The notes beneath the pieces were generated by a model, which did not search any database, was not told the DNA's origin, and saw nothing but the letters and a program-made list of their open reading frames with translations. From the NCBI RefSeq assembly GCF_001194135.2, contig NC_068982.1, forward strand, positions 92,383,322 through 92,447,321: DNA of 64,000 bases, read 5' to 3'. This stretch comes from Octopus bimaculoides (lineage: Eukaryota). Each line of letters opens with the position of its first letter. Positions within the stretch are counted from its first letter, which is position 1. Made by a program: the position numbers and the translations under genes. Shown one piece after another: positions 53,393 through 64,000 of this stretch.

Positions 53393-54669
53393 TTAGGCTG
53401 AGTAAAAAGTAAGCAATGTTTTGAAACATGAAATTCATTACAATATATTTCAACAATGCAGAAATTCTATTTATCAAAGTAAGTACCATTACAGTCAACA
53501 CATTTTTGCCGCCGAGTTACAAGTTTGTTTATTCTGGTAATATAAAAATCTGGATTTCTCTAGCTAATAAACTCTTTGAACACACTTTTAGCATCGGTTT
53601 GATTTTTGAACTCCTTTTCTCACAGGAAAACATCAAGGTATTTGAATAAGTGGTAGTTGGTAGGAGAAAGGTCTGGGGAATAAGCTGGGTGGGGAAGAAC
53701 TTTGTAGCCGAGTTCCCTCAACTTCTGGAGCATCATTAGTGAAATGTGTAGTTGAGCATTGTCATGAAGAATGATTTACCCACTTCTGTTGACCAGTCTG
53801 GGACAGGAGTAGCAGGTTTTCATTCATTTTGGCAATTTCATGGTAATATGTTTCTGCAGTAATGGTTTTTCTGGCTTTTGAGAAGTTAAAGTGGATGAGT
53901 CCAGCAGTACACCACCAAACAGTCATCATAACCTTCTTTCTGAAGAGCTCAGGTTAAGGGAAGGTTTTCGGTGCTTCATTTTGGTTCAACCACTGTGAAG
54001 AACATTTTTTTTACTGTTGTACAGAATCCACTTTTTATCGCAAGTTACAATACAGTTGAAAAATGGATTGGTCTGGTTACGGAGAAGAAGCGACGAGAAA
54101 ATTTCATATCTGCACATTTTCTGATTTTCATTCAAATTGTGTGCTACCCATTTGTCAAGCTATTTTGATTTTCCAATCACATGCAAATGGTTGCAGGCAG
54201 TTTTCTGGCTATCTTGAATTTCTTTTGCCAGTTCTCGAGTGGTTTTATGTGAATTTTTCTCAGTGACGGTTTTTAATTGACTGTCATTGATGACAGACAG
54301 GCATCCATTATACTCACAATCTTCAAGGCTCAGGTCTCCACTGCGAAATCTTTTAAACCATTTTTGCGCTGACCACTCACTGGTCATTTCCTCACCAAAC
54401 ATTTTGTTGATATTGCGAGCAGTTTCAGCTACTTTACATCCTATTTTGAAGTTGAGTAGCAAAATTGCTTGAATATCGTGCTTTGATGGTTCTATTTCAG
54501 ATGACTGTAACAATGGTGAAAAAAATATCAATGTTAATTTATTGATGCATTTGGGCAAGTCTGTCTGTATTATCAGACAATTGCAAAAAAATGTTTAAAA
54601 AAATTCAGAACTCTGCAAAAATCTGTACAAATTCTTCATGGTTCAAAACATTACTTTTTACTGAGTGTG
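53393..54669 (-). mobile_element. Mariner transposon, near full length (~1.28 kb), inactive
   Basis: HTH region EPSKHDIQAILLLNFK..AETARNIN..AQKWFKRFRSGDLSLED; LPHPAYSPDLSPTNYHLF near 53640-53700. TIRs TTAGGCTGAGTAAAAAGTAA.. and its degenerate reverse complement at the right end. TA at 53391. Confidence 0.92.
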
Positions 54670-55200
54670 TATCATTCCTTTTCTCTATGAAGTGTTATAT
54701 CCTGTTCTACAGATATTAAGTCGTACATTTAGTTATGTACTTGTTTACACCCTCTTTTTAAGACACACATCAGCATCATCATCATCATAGCGCATTTCTT
54801 GCAGTACACATATATTTTAATATATATGTATAACATATAATCATTTGGTAAACTCAGTTGAGAATGTTAAAAATGTTCCTGTTGATCAGTAGAGTTCGGC
54901 TGTTTTATCATTAATCTTTTAAATTATTTTACATTTAATTTATAGTTATCTTTTAGTTTACATACATACTACTTAATCATTTGTTTGTTGCTAGTCATTG
55001 TTGCTATTAGAAATAGTTATATTCACTTTTACTTTATTCTTTACTATCTTACATAGCTATAATGGCATGAAACCAGATGCAGTTGTTTTAGTCCCAACTA
55101 TCTCAGATTAAACCATTTGTCAAACAAATACAATTTAATTATTTCATGTTTGTCTTGCACAGAATGATGTACATAGCTCTAAATTTTGTGTGTGGCTCTG

Positions 55201-55312
<112 letters not shown>

Positions 55313-55359
55313 TATCAATGAATATTTATTTCTTTATTGCCCACAGGATGCTAAACATA

Positions 55360-55543
55360 GGGGGGACAAAGGAATTAATTTGATTACATCGACCCCAGTG
55401 CATAACTGGTACTTATTTAATTGAGCCTGAAAGGATGAAAGGCAAAGTTGACCTTGGTGGAATTTGAACTCAGAACATAACGGCAGACAAAATACCATTA
55501 AGAATTTTGCCTGGTGTGCTAACGATTCTGCCAGCTGGCCGTC
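55360..55543 (-). mobile_element. SINE family C copy
   Basis: Reverse complement of 29790-29990. Confidence 0.75.
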
Positions 55544-55664
55544 CTGATATCAAATATTGAATATAAAAAGAATATTCAATAATAATTTAATGGAATTAAT
55601 ATTTTAAAGTTTATGCTAAAAAGATAATTTTAGTACCATTTAAAACTAACTTGGTTTGATAAGA

Positions 55665-55790
55665 TTACTTTAAATAATATAATATACTTCATACCTATTT
55701 GTTTATAGATATCCATACACCGATTATTTTAAATGATATAATATACTTTATACCTTTTTGTTTATAGATGTCCATACACTGATTTTCTGA
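55665..55790 (+). repeat. Tandem duplication, ~60-bp unit x2
   Basis: TTTAAAT.ATATAATATACTT.ATACCT.TTTGTTTATAGAT.TCCATACAC.GAT repeated. Confidence 0.85.
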
Positions 55791-55997
55791 TCTTTTGGAA
55801 GGTTATCTTTATAGAAATGTAAGAGAAAGGAAGGCAGCACTCATGACCTTTTGCAGGGCAAGAAACTGTTGGGGGGGGGGGGGGGAANNNNNNNNNNGGG
55901 GGGGGAGGTAAAATTAATCCTCAGACTGTATATCTGTTTTGCACACTTGCAGTAGAGTAGATACTGCTGAAGTTAAGTGCCAGTTGGTAGTGTTTGA

Positions 55998-56218
55998 CTC
56001 TTTAGCATTTAAACTGGCCATATCTGGCCCCCAATATGCTATCTGTCTTATGTTCCAATCAGCCAGATCCGGCCTATCACACCTACCCTTCAATGACATT
56101 CTAAAAATATACAATCACATCATCAAAATTTCAAAGCTATGAGATAATGCATGATTAATTAAAAACAATGTGAATGAAAAAGTATTACATTTGACAAAAT
56201 AATCTAAATGCTAAAGGG
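55998..56218. mobile_element. piggyBac-type MITE, 221 bp
   Basis: TIRs C(T)CTTTAGCATTTA / TAAATGCTAAAGGG flanked by degenerate TTAA (TTGA, TGAA). Confidence 0.6.
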
Positions 56219-56713
56219 TGAATCTTGTAATGGATTAAGTCTACCACTCAAGAATGTGTACAGTATGTTGGGCTTCCACATATTTTTTTATCTGGCTACT
56301 TTCACTCATAATGCTTTGGTTGACTCAATGCTATGGTAAAAGGTAAAACAAAATTTCATACTCGTACAACTACTCATATGACATCACCCAAATCAGTTTT
56401 AAAGACTCTACACATTAAATGAAAAGTTGCAATAACTTATATCCAGAGACGATCTGATTTTAACTGGCATGATGGATCCAAGTAGATAATGATAGTCAAA
56501 TGGAATATAGAAACAGATGCTAGAACTAATGTTCAAATCATTATCAATTCTAACTTTAGTTTCATTCTGTATACCTGCTGTGCTTGCCTCTGTCAGACCA
56601 TCAAACTTCAGGTTCCACACTTGATGTTAATCTCAGTTAGGAATATCTGCTTCAAAAGAAAAACAATCATACTCTATAACTATGCAAATGTCCAAAATTT
56701 TGAAAACCCTTTC

Positions 56714-57345
56714 TAAGGGCTTCTCCCTCAGAGTGATAGGCAGATTGTATGATGCCTGTGTGCGAACAGCCATGCTACATGGCAGTGAAACATGGGCTGT
56801 GACTGCAGAGGACGTGAAGGCTTGAAGGAAATGACCCCAGTATGCTTTGCTGGATGTGCAATGTCAGTGTGCATGTACGACAATGTAAACATCTTGAGAG
56901 AAAATTTGGGCATAAGAGGCATCAGATGTGGTGTGCAAGAGAGGCAACTGCACTGGTATAGTCATATGATGTGTGTGAACGAAGACAGCTGCGAAAAGAA
57001 GTGCTGATCTCTAATTGTGGAGGGAACCTGTTGAAGAAATAGACCCAGGAAGACATGGAATGATGTGGTGAAGTATGATCTTCAAATGTTAGGTCTCACG
57101 GAGGTAATGATAAGTGTTTGTGACCTTTGATGTTTTGCTGTGCTTGAGAAGACTTATCAAGCCGAGTGAAATCATAGTTGTGGCTGGTGCCAGTGACACA
57201 TACAAGGCACCTACTACACTCTTGGAGTGGCTGGTGTTAGGGAGGGCATCCAGCTGTAGAAAACAAGTCAAAATCAGACTGGAACCTGGTACAGCTCTCC
57301 AGTTTACCAGTTCCAGTCAAACTGTCTAACCATACCAGCATGTAA
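56714..57345 (+). mobile_element. RTE-clade LINE 3' fragment with UTR
   Basis: KGFSLRVIGRLYDACVRTAMLHGSETWAVTAED..LGIRGIRCGVQERQLHW..RPRKTWNDVVK, then the UTR shared with 14232 and 63686. Confidence 0.88.
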
Positions 57346-57515
57346 AATAGCTGGAAAGAAAGATTAAAAAACCAACCAAAATACAGAATCCTAATAAGGT
57401 ATAACAATGAATTTTCAACTGTAGTTAAATTTGTGTCTTTACATTTGGTTGTATTTTTTGTTTTGTTTTCATTGCCTTTTTCTATCCAGATGTTTTTATA
57501 TTATATCTCTGTGTG

Positions 57516-57651
57516 TAGGCATGGCTGTGTGGTAAGAAACTTACTTCCAAGCACACAGTCCCACTGTGTGACACCTTGGGCAAGTGTCTTCTATTATAGC
57601 TCTAGTCCAACCAAAGCCTTGTGAGTGGATTTGCTTGACAAAAACTGAAAG

Positions 57652-57722
<71 letters not shown>
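57516..57722 (+). mobile_element. SINE family A 5' half running into (TG)n and a gap
   Basis: GGCATGGCTGTGTGGTAAGAA..ACCTTGGGCAAGTGTC..GCCTTGTGAGTGGATTT. Confidence 0.8.
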
Positions 57723-58262
57723 NNNNNNNNNNNNNNNNNNNNNNNNNNNNNNNNNNNNNNNNNNNNNNNNNNNNNNNNNNNNNNNNNNNNNNNNNNNNNN
57801 NNNNNNNNNNNNNNNNNNNNNNNNNNNNNNNNNNNNNNNNNNNNNNNNNNNNNNNNNNNNNNNNNNNNNNNNNNNNNNNNNNNNNNNNNNNNNNNNNNNN
57901 NNNNNNNNNNNNNNNNNNNNNNNNNNNNNNNNNNNNNNNNNNNNNNNNNNNNNNNNNNNNNNNNNNNNNNNNNNNNNNNNNNNNNNNNNNNNNNNNNNNN
58001 NNNNNNNNNNNNNNNNNNNNNNNNNNNNNNNNNNNNNNNNNNNNNNNNNNNNNNNNNNNNNNNNNNNNNNNNNNNNNNNNNNNNNNNNNNNNNNNNNNNN
58101 NNNNNNNNNNNNNNNNNNNNNNNNNNNNNNNNNNNNNNNNNNNNNNNNNNNNNNNNNNNNNNNNNNNNNNNNNNNNNNNNNNNNNNNNNNNNNNNNNNNN
58201 NNNNNNNNNNNNNNNNNNNNNNNNNNNNNNNNNNNNNNNNNNNNNNNNNNNNNNNNNNNNNN

Positions 58263-58333
<71 letters not shown>

Positions 58334-58882
58334 TATATATATATATATAAGTTTTGACTTGAAACATTCTGGTAATTGGCTGATAATGGCCCTAATTTAG
58401 AGAGCTAAATTCTTAATTACTCAGTTGTTAGAATATATGAAATTACACTTGCAAATAAATTGACATGCATGGTGTCTTATAAATTGAACTTTCCCATATT
58501 TCACAATGTGTCCAACTTGCTGTTATCCAGAATACTTTGTTGTTCAACCACCAGACAGCACTTATGTGTGTGTATACATACTAAACATAACAGACAAATC
58601 TCTCTCTAATCACACCCTGCTATTTTAAAATATGATACACATTAGATAATGTCGTCTTAGGTACATTAGGTAATATAGATAGAATATGCTCTCTCCCCAT
58701 TAATCAAATTGTTGATGTAAGACTGGTATTTTATTCTTATACCTTCTAAGGTATAGACATTAAAAATAGCTAATGAATTATGTGTGTGTGTGTGTGTGTT
58801 TATATATGTATATACATCAGTGTAAGCACATAAATGCAAAACAAGGTGGAAAAAATAGTACTCGAATACCAGAAGTAGAGTA

Positions 58883-59057
58883 ATATGCTTTATTAAAAAG
58901 CAGCAAAAATATCACAAAAACTGCCACTCAGAGTTTCACGTTCCCGTTTGTCGGACAGTTTTGTTTAGAATCTAAACAAAACTGTTCAATGAACGGGAAT
59001 GTGAAACTCTGAGTAACAGTTTTTGTGATATTTTTGCTGTTTTTTAATAAAGTATAT
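58883..59057. repeat. Palindrome, two 87-bp arms with a 1-nt centre (58970)
   Basis: Arms differ at 9 positions, all transitions (counted by hand). Confidence 0.95.
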
Positions 59058-59269
59058 GTATATATAATATATATATATATATGTATATAGTTAATAAAGA
59101 AAAAACATATATCAGAAAGACGCACACTCTAAAAAATAGAGCAGTAATTATTACAACAAAACTTTATATATAGTTGCTCAAGGTTTCACAACCACCGTAC
59201 CCACAAGGCTTTAGCTTTGTGGGTGTAGAACCTTAGGTAACTCTATATAAAATTTTGCTGTAATATATA

Positions 59270-59557
59270 TACATCATCATCCAGTGTTTTAAATCTGAGT
59301 TTTGTTCCCATGAACAGGGGTGGCCAGATCTACCTCAATGCCATAGCAACCGAGGTAGGCAGATGCAGCCCACCCCAACCTTTAGGCTGGCTGGTGCCCA
59401 CTCTCCCTTGGGATTATGTGGCTTTTTTGGAGCTGGATTTTCTACAGGAGCATGCCCTTGCTTACCCCCAACCTCAGTTTCTAGACATGAATGGTCCCGA
59501 GACCAAGGCCTCTACCACGATTTTTAAGAAATGTGGTGGAAAACTAGCCCAAGAAGG
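59270..59557 (-). mobile_element. LINE-type 3' tail with (GAT)n, running into a gap
   Basis: CATCATCATCCAGTG tail and GGATTTTCTACAGG..ATGCCCTT motif related to the RTE UTRs. Confidence 0.45.
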
Positions 59558-60263
59558 NNNNNNNNNNNNNNNNNNNNNNNNNNNNNNNNNNNNNNNNNNN
59601 NNNNNNNNNNNNNNNNNNNNNNNNNNNNNNNNNNNNNNNNNNNNNNNNNNNNNNNNNNNNNNNNNNNNNNNNNNNNNNNNNNNNNNNNNNNNNNNNNNNN
59701 NNNNNNNNNNNNNNNNNNNNNNNNNNNNNNNNNNNNNNNNNNNNNNNNNNNNNNNNNNNNNNNNNNNNNNNNNNNNNNNNNNNNNNNNNNNNNNNNNNNN
59801 NNNNNNNNNNNNNNNNNNNNNNNNNNNNNNNNNNNNNNNNNNNNNNNNNNNNNNNNNNNNNNNNNNNNNNNNNNNNNNNNNNNNNNNNNNNNNNNNNNNN
59901 NNNNNNNNNNNNNNNNNNNNNNNNNNNNNNNNNNNNNNNNNNNNNNNNNNNNNNNNNNNNNNNNNNNNNNNNNNNNNNNNNNNNNNNNNNNNNNNNNNNN
60001 NNNNNNNNNNNNNNNNNNNNNNNNNNNNNNNNNNNNNNNNNNNNNNNNNNNNNNNNNNNNNNNNNNNNNNNNNNNNNNNNNNNNNNNNNNNNNNNNNNNN
60101 NNNNNNNNNNNNNNNNNNNNNNNNNNNNNNNNNNNNNNNNNNNNNNNNNNNNNNNNNNNNNNNNNNNNNNNNNNNNNNNNNNNNNNNNNNNNNNNNNNNN
60201 NNNNNNNNNNNNNNNNNNNNNNNNNNNNNNNNNNNNNNNNNNNNNNNNNNNNNNNNNNNNNNN

Positions 60264-60300
<37 letters not shown>

Positions 60301-60495
60301 CCACCAACAGTAATTGTATATATGCATGTGTGTATATATGTGGGAAGAGAAAGAAGAGTAGTTGTATCCAGAATTTCATTGTTTAGAGCCAATTAAACCC
60401 ATTTTAAATATTTGATAAATTTTTTTCTCTAATATCAACTGTAGAAGCCGATAAAAATTTTTCAGGCACAATTTTACAAATGCATATAAAATTAA

Positions 60496-60750
60496 AATGA
60501 TTTAATAACAAAACTTTGTTTTAGGCAGTTGCTAATAGTACATCATACTGATTTAGTTTTTTTTTTGTTCACAACCTATATATTTAATTTAATTTGATAA
60601 GCCACTCAAAGGTCCTCAATGATTTAATAACAAAGCTTTGTTTTTGGGAGTTGCTAATACAGTCAGTACATCATACATAATCATAGTTTTTTTTTTTGTT
60701 CACAATCTACGTATTATATTTAATTTGATAAGTCACTCTTAGATCCTCAC
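60496..60750 (+). repeat. Tandem duplication, ~125-bp unit x2
   Basis: AATGATTTAATAACAAA...TTTTGTTCACAA...TTTGATAAG.CACTC occurs twice head to tail. Confidence 0.85.
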
Positions 60751-61199
60751 TATTCCTTTGGATCTCTTCCTGCCATTGAAATTTCTATTGGCTTCTAAAT
60801 GGTTCATCAATCTGGCTATGTAATTCCTGAATGATCATTTGCTTTTTTTATTTATACAACAGTGAGTTTTTCCAAGATAGACATTGTTGTCCTTTTAGAT
60901 ACTCCTAAAATTTTAAGTATATTGCTTGAGGTTGTTGTGATTCATGTTAAGTATATGTTGTTGGTGATTAATAGCTGGGGTTACCACATTCACTACATAG
61001 AGTTCTGAAGTTGTCAGTTTTAATCTTTTTGTTACCACATTTCTATTGAAATACACTGCCTTTGTTTCAATTAATTTTGAAAATAATGAATTTAATAAAA
61101 TAATTTCGTTATTATTTAGCTGGTGTTTGGAACATAAATTAACATAAAATTTTTATAGAAGATTTTAATTTAGATTACTTTAGAACAATAAGTCTGTAT

Positions 61200-62250
61200 C
61201 ATAGGACTAGCAGCAGTCTTGTTTGTTGGTATCAAAAGGATTAAGCAGGTTGACTGACTTGGTTTTCTAACTGTAGTTTAGAGTTGAAAGAAGAGAGTAC
61301 TAGGAAAAGCTGAGTGATCCAAGAATTAGCTGCTCTGTCCATGAATCAAATATTGATATCTATTGCTGCCTTCTGCTTCTGAACAGAACCCTTCACTCAG
61401 TGTTACCTCAAGCTGGTTGTCTGGTGGTACCATATGAACATGGTTCAAGCTAAGGACCAGTTTGCTTTATTAAATACAGACTCTGGTCTGTATTGCTGCT
61501 GTCCTCCATTAAACTCATGCATGGAGCATCACACAATCTGATGTATAGATCCTTAGTCAAAGGAATTCTGCTTAATAGTGGCAGTAATAGTAGCTGTAGT
61601 AAATACGGTTGAGGGAGAAGAATACTGTACAGTGGCCCAATGATTGGAGTGTGTTAATATAGGTTCATCTATTAGACAATCTTTCTTTGGATGTAATGAT
61701 GAATGTATCAGTAGTCCATTATCAGACATATTTGTGATAGCAAAGGATTATGATTTATTTAGGACTGGCTCCTATATGGGAAATTCAGTCTGTTTTAATA
61801 TAGTTTTAGTTCTATTCGTGCAGTTTCTGATAGTTTATATTTCAAATTAAATAGCTTAATTGCAATTGTAACTTTTGTTTATGAACACAATAATTGTTTT
61901 CAGTTTATTTTTGGGGCTTTTTCTGTTATGTTTCCTTAACACTATGTTCACCATGCTGTAACCAATGTGAAGTTTTAAATATTCTATTTGAATTGTAAAG
62001 AATCTTTACCAACTTTTTGGACGCCTCTGACAACAACTATAACATTGTACTACATGCAATACCCCTCAAGAGCCTCAACTCCAGCAAATGGCTGTGGTCA
62101 ATGAAAGTTTTGAGGTTGTGATTCTTTTTGCTACTTAGTTTATTTAATTCTAATGGTTTTGATGCAGTCACCTTGAGATGTTTATCTTTTCTGAGTTACC
62201 TGTGTGTATCCTTTAGTGTTAGAGGAGTAAATTAATAATTTTTATATTTG
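61200..62250 (-). mobile_element. Degenerate CR1-type LINE
   Basis: Minus-strand ..STVFTT..NKANWSLA..IWYHQ..VQKQK..DINI..AANSWITQLF..SKLQLEN, a pre-RT/RT0 pattern with many stops. Confidence 0.45.
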
Positions 62251-63385
62251 TAACATGCTATTTTGTTAGTCAAATTTTTTCTACTAATGTCTAAGACTTA
62301 AACTACCTTGTTCAAAATGACAGTGCCATGATTAGATGGAACTGTTATGCAAAACTTGAGTTGGAGTTTTTCAGCATTTAGTGTTCTCAATATCAAGGAT
62401 ATTGCCTGATAAAACTGACAACATTGGTTTAGTATATACATACAGAGCATAAATTGCCGACAGATGGTCAAAATGAGGGGTGATAACTTTCTATGTGGAT
62501 AACACTAGTTCAGGGTGATTCAAGGAAATAAAGTGAACCACTTCAATATCAACTGAAGACTGAGAAGGAAGACACAACTAAAAAAAACTAGACTTTAATA
62601 GCATCTAGTTTTCATAGAGAGAAAAATGAACCTACAGCAATAATAGTAGTGGAAGTGTTTATCTGAAAATTTACATGATACTTTGGTGTTGACTAAATGC
62701 CAAGAAGAGGCTTGTACGATGACCTGTCATTTTTTTAGTTTTGAACTTCAGTACTGAAATTATTATACAGCATTCTTTTACACTTTTTTTTCATATATAT
62801 GCTTTAGCTTTGCTTGCTCAGTTAGATTTTCCTTTTGCATTATTTCTTTAATTTTTGTTCTTTTATGCATAAAGTATGACAAAACCTCTGGAGTGATGGT
62901 AAGTTCTTGATGAGTATAATTGTTGACATAGTTCTAATTCTTAATTGGAACCATTTCACTGCACTTATATTGCTAATGACTATAAGGACATCACAACATC
63001 CATTTTCCAATATTCAATCACAATTATCATATGTTGGTAGGTAGACAACACAATATATAAAGTCAAATGGAAAATTCTTGTAGCTATGTCACACTTAAAT
63101 GAAACTACTGTATTTACTCATGTATAAGTTGTACCCCTAATTTAATGCTAAATCTTGGTACAAAATTTTTATTTCCTCTTAGTTTTAACTTTGTGCTGTG
63201 TATAAATTATACTCCAAGATTTTCAGTTAAAACCAAGTATAAAATTGTGCAATTTATACACGAATAAATACAGTATATGTATATTAATTATAATAACAGG
63301 GAAATCATTTAATATTATGTGATAATTTCTATTTGCTTAAATTTGACGTAACTCTTTTTTTTTTTCTTTTATGGTTTTTAAACAG

Positions 63386-63514
63386 GTATTTGTACAGTAT
63401 TTTATGTAAAAATCAAACAGTGACTGAAAATAACCGGTGCCTGCTGGTGGAGACATTGAGATCTATTTCTGAAATACTTATATGGGGGGATCAACATGAC
63501 AGTTCTGTGTTTGA
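63386..63514 (+). CDS. CLEC16A: CLEC16A coding exon 2 (start of FPL domain)
   Basis: Polypyrimidine tract plus ACAG acceptor, a 129-nt phase 2-2 exon encoding YLYSILCKNQTVTENNRCLLVETLRSISEILIWGDQHDSSVF, and donor GA|GTAAGT. Near-identical to human YLYHVLTKNTTVTEQNRNLLVETIRSITEILIWGDQNDSSVFD (from memory). Confidence 0.95.
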
Positions 63515-63685
63515 GTAAGTATTATCATAATCTGTGTTATACTTGTACTTTTCTACTTAACTGTATACATGATTATTTCACAATTTTCTAACTCAGTGAA
63601 TTCTTTTAATTCAATGAAAATTATTGTACAGCAAAATAATATCAGTATAATAATTTCTTGATATCATAAAACTAGTGTAGATCAT

Positions 63686-64000
63686 CATCATCATCATCAT
63701 CGTTTAACGTCCGCTTTCCATGCTAGCATGGGTTGGACGATTTGACTGAGGACTGGTGAAACCGGATGGCAACACCAGGCTCCAGTCTGATTTGGCAGAG
63801 TTCCTACAGCTGGATGCCCTTCCTAACGCCAACCACTCAGAGAGTGTAGTGGGTGCTTTTACGTGTCACCCGCACGAAAACGGCCACGCTCGAAATGGTG
63901 TCTTTTATGTGCCACCCGCACAAGCCAGTCCAGGGGCACTGGCAACGATCTTGCTCGAAAATCCTACAGGAGCCAGTCAGGCGGTACTGGCAACGGCCAC
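63686..64000 (-). mobile_element. Young RTE-type 3' UTR element with (GAT)n tail, runs off the window; in CLEC16A intron 2
   Basis: CATCATCATCGTTTAACGTCCGCTTTCCATGCTAGCATGGGTTGGACG..., CpG-rich, homologous to 14232-14527. Confidence 0.88.

Noticed and set aside
55871-55907. Poly-G run (G-quadruplex candidate)
   Set aside because: Spans a 10-N gap, so its length is unreliable and it is probably an assembly artefact.
57541-60392. Long ORFs of 230-358 aa in the ORF track
   Set aside because: Made of N gaps and dinucleotide repeats (HT/YI/CV).

Overview
AT-rich, microsatellite- and transposon-dense animal genomic DNA from a draft assembly with seven N gaps. The repeat repertoire (tRNA-derived SINEs, RTE/CR1 LINE debris) suggests an octopus or other coleoid cephalopod; this is an inference and was not searched. 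One host gene is recognisable: CLEC16A (FPL-domain autophagy/endolysosomal regulator) on the + strand. Coding exon 1 is at about 12602/12680-12756 and exon 2 at 63386-63514, separated by a 50.6-kb first intron that holds most of the window. That intron contains a decayed Mag-type Ty3/Gypsy element (LTRs, PBS, 5-bp TSD) with nested SINEs, a mariner and a maT-like DNA transposon, hAT and piggyBac-type MITEs, Helitron-like ends and LINE fragments. It also contains several inverted repeats that could fold in the pre-mRNA. A second, internally deleted Gypsy lies about 7 kb upstream of the gene. I found no clearly new multi-gene system. The best leads are the CLEC16A 5' end (uORF plus an in-frame upstream ATG encoding an acidic LIR-like motif, and a possible divergent gene), an 87-bp-arm palindrome and a 250-bp-arm foldback, a locally templated Gypsy fragment, and a candidate 27-nt microexon. 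All identities are by-eye comparisons with remembered family motifs.
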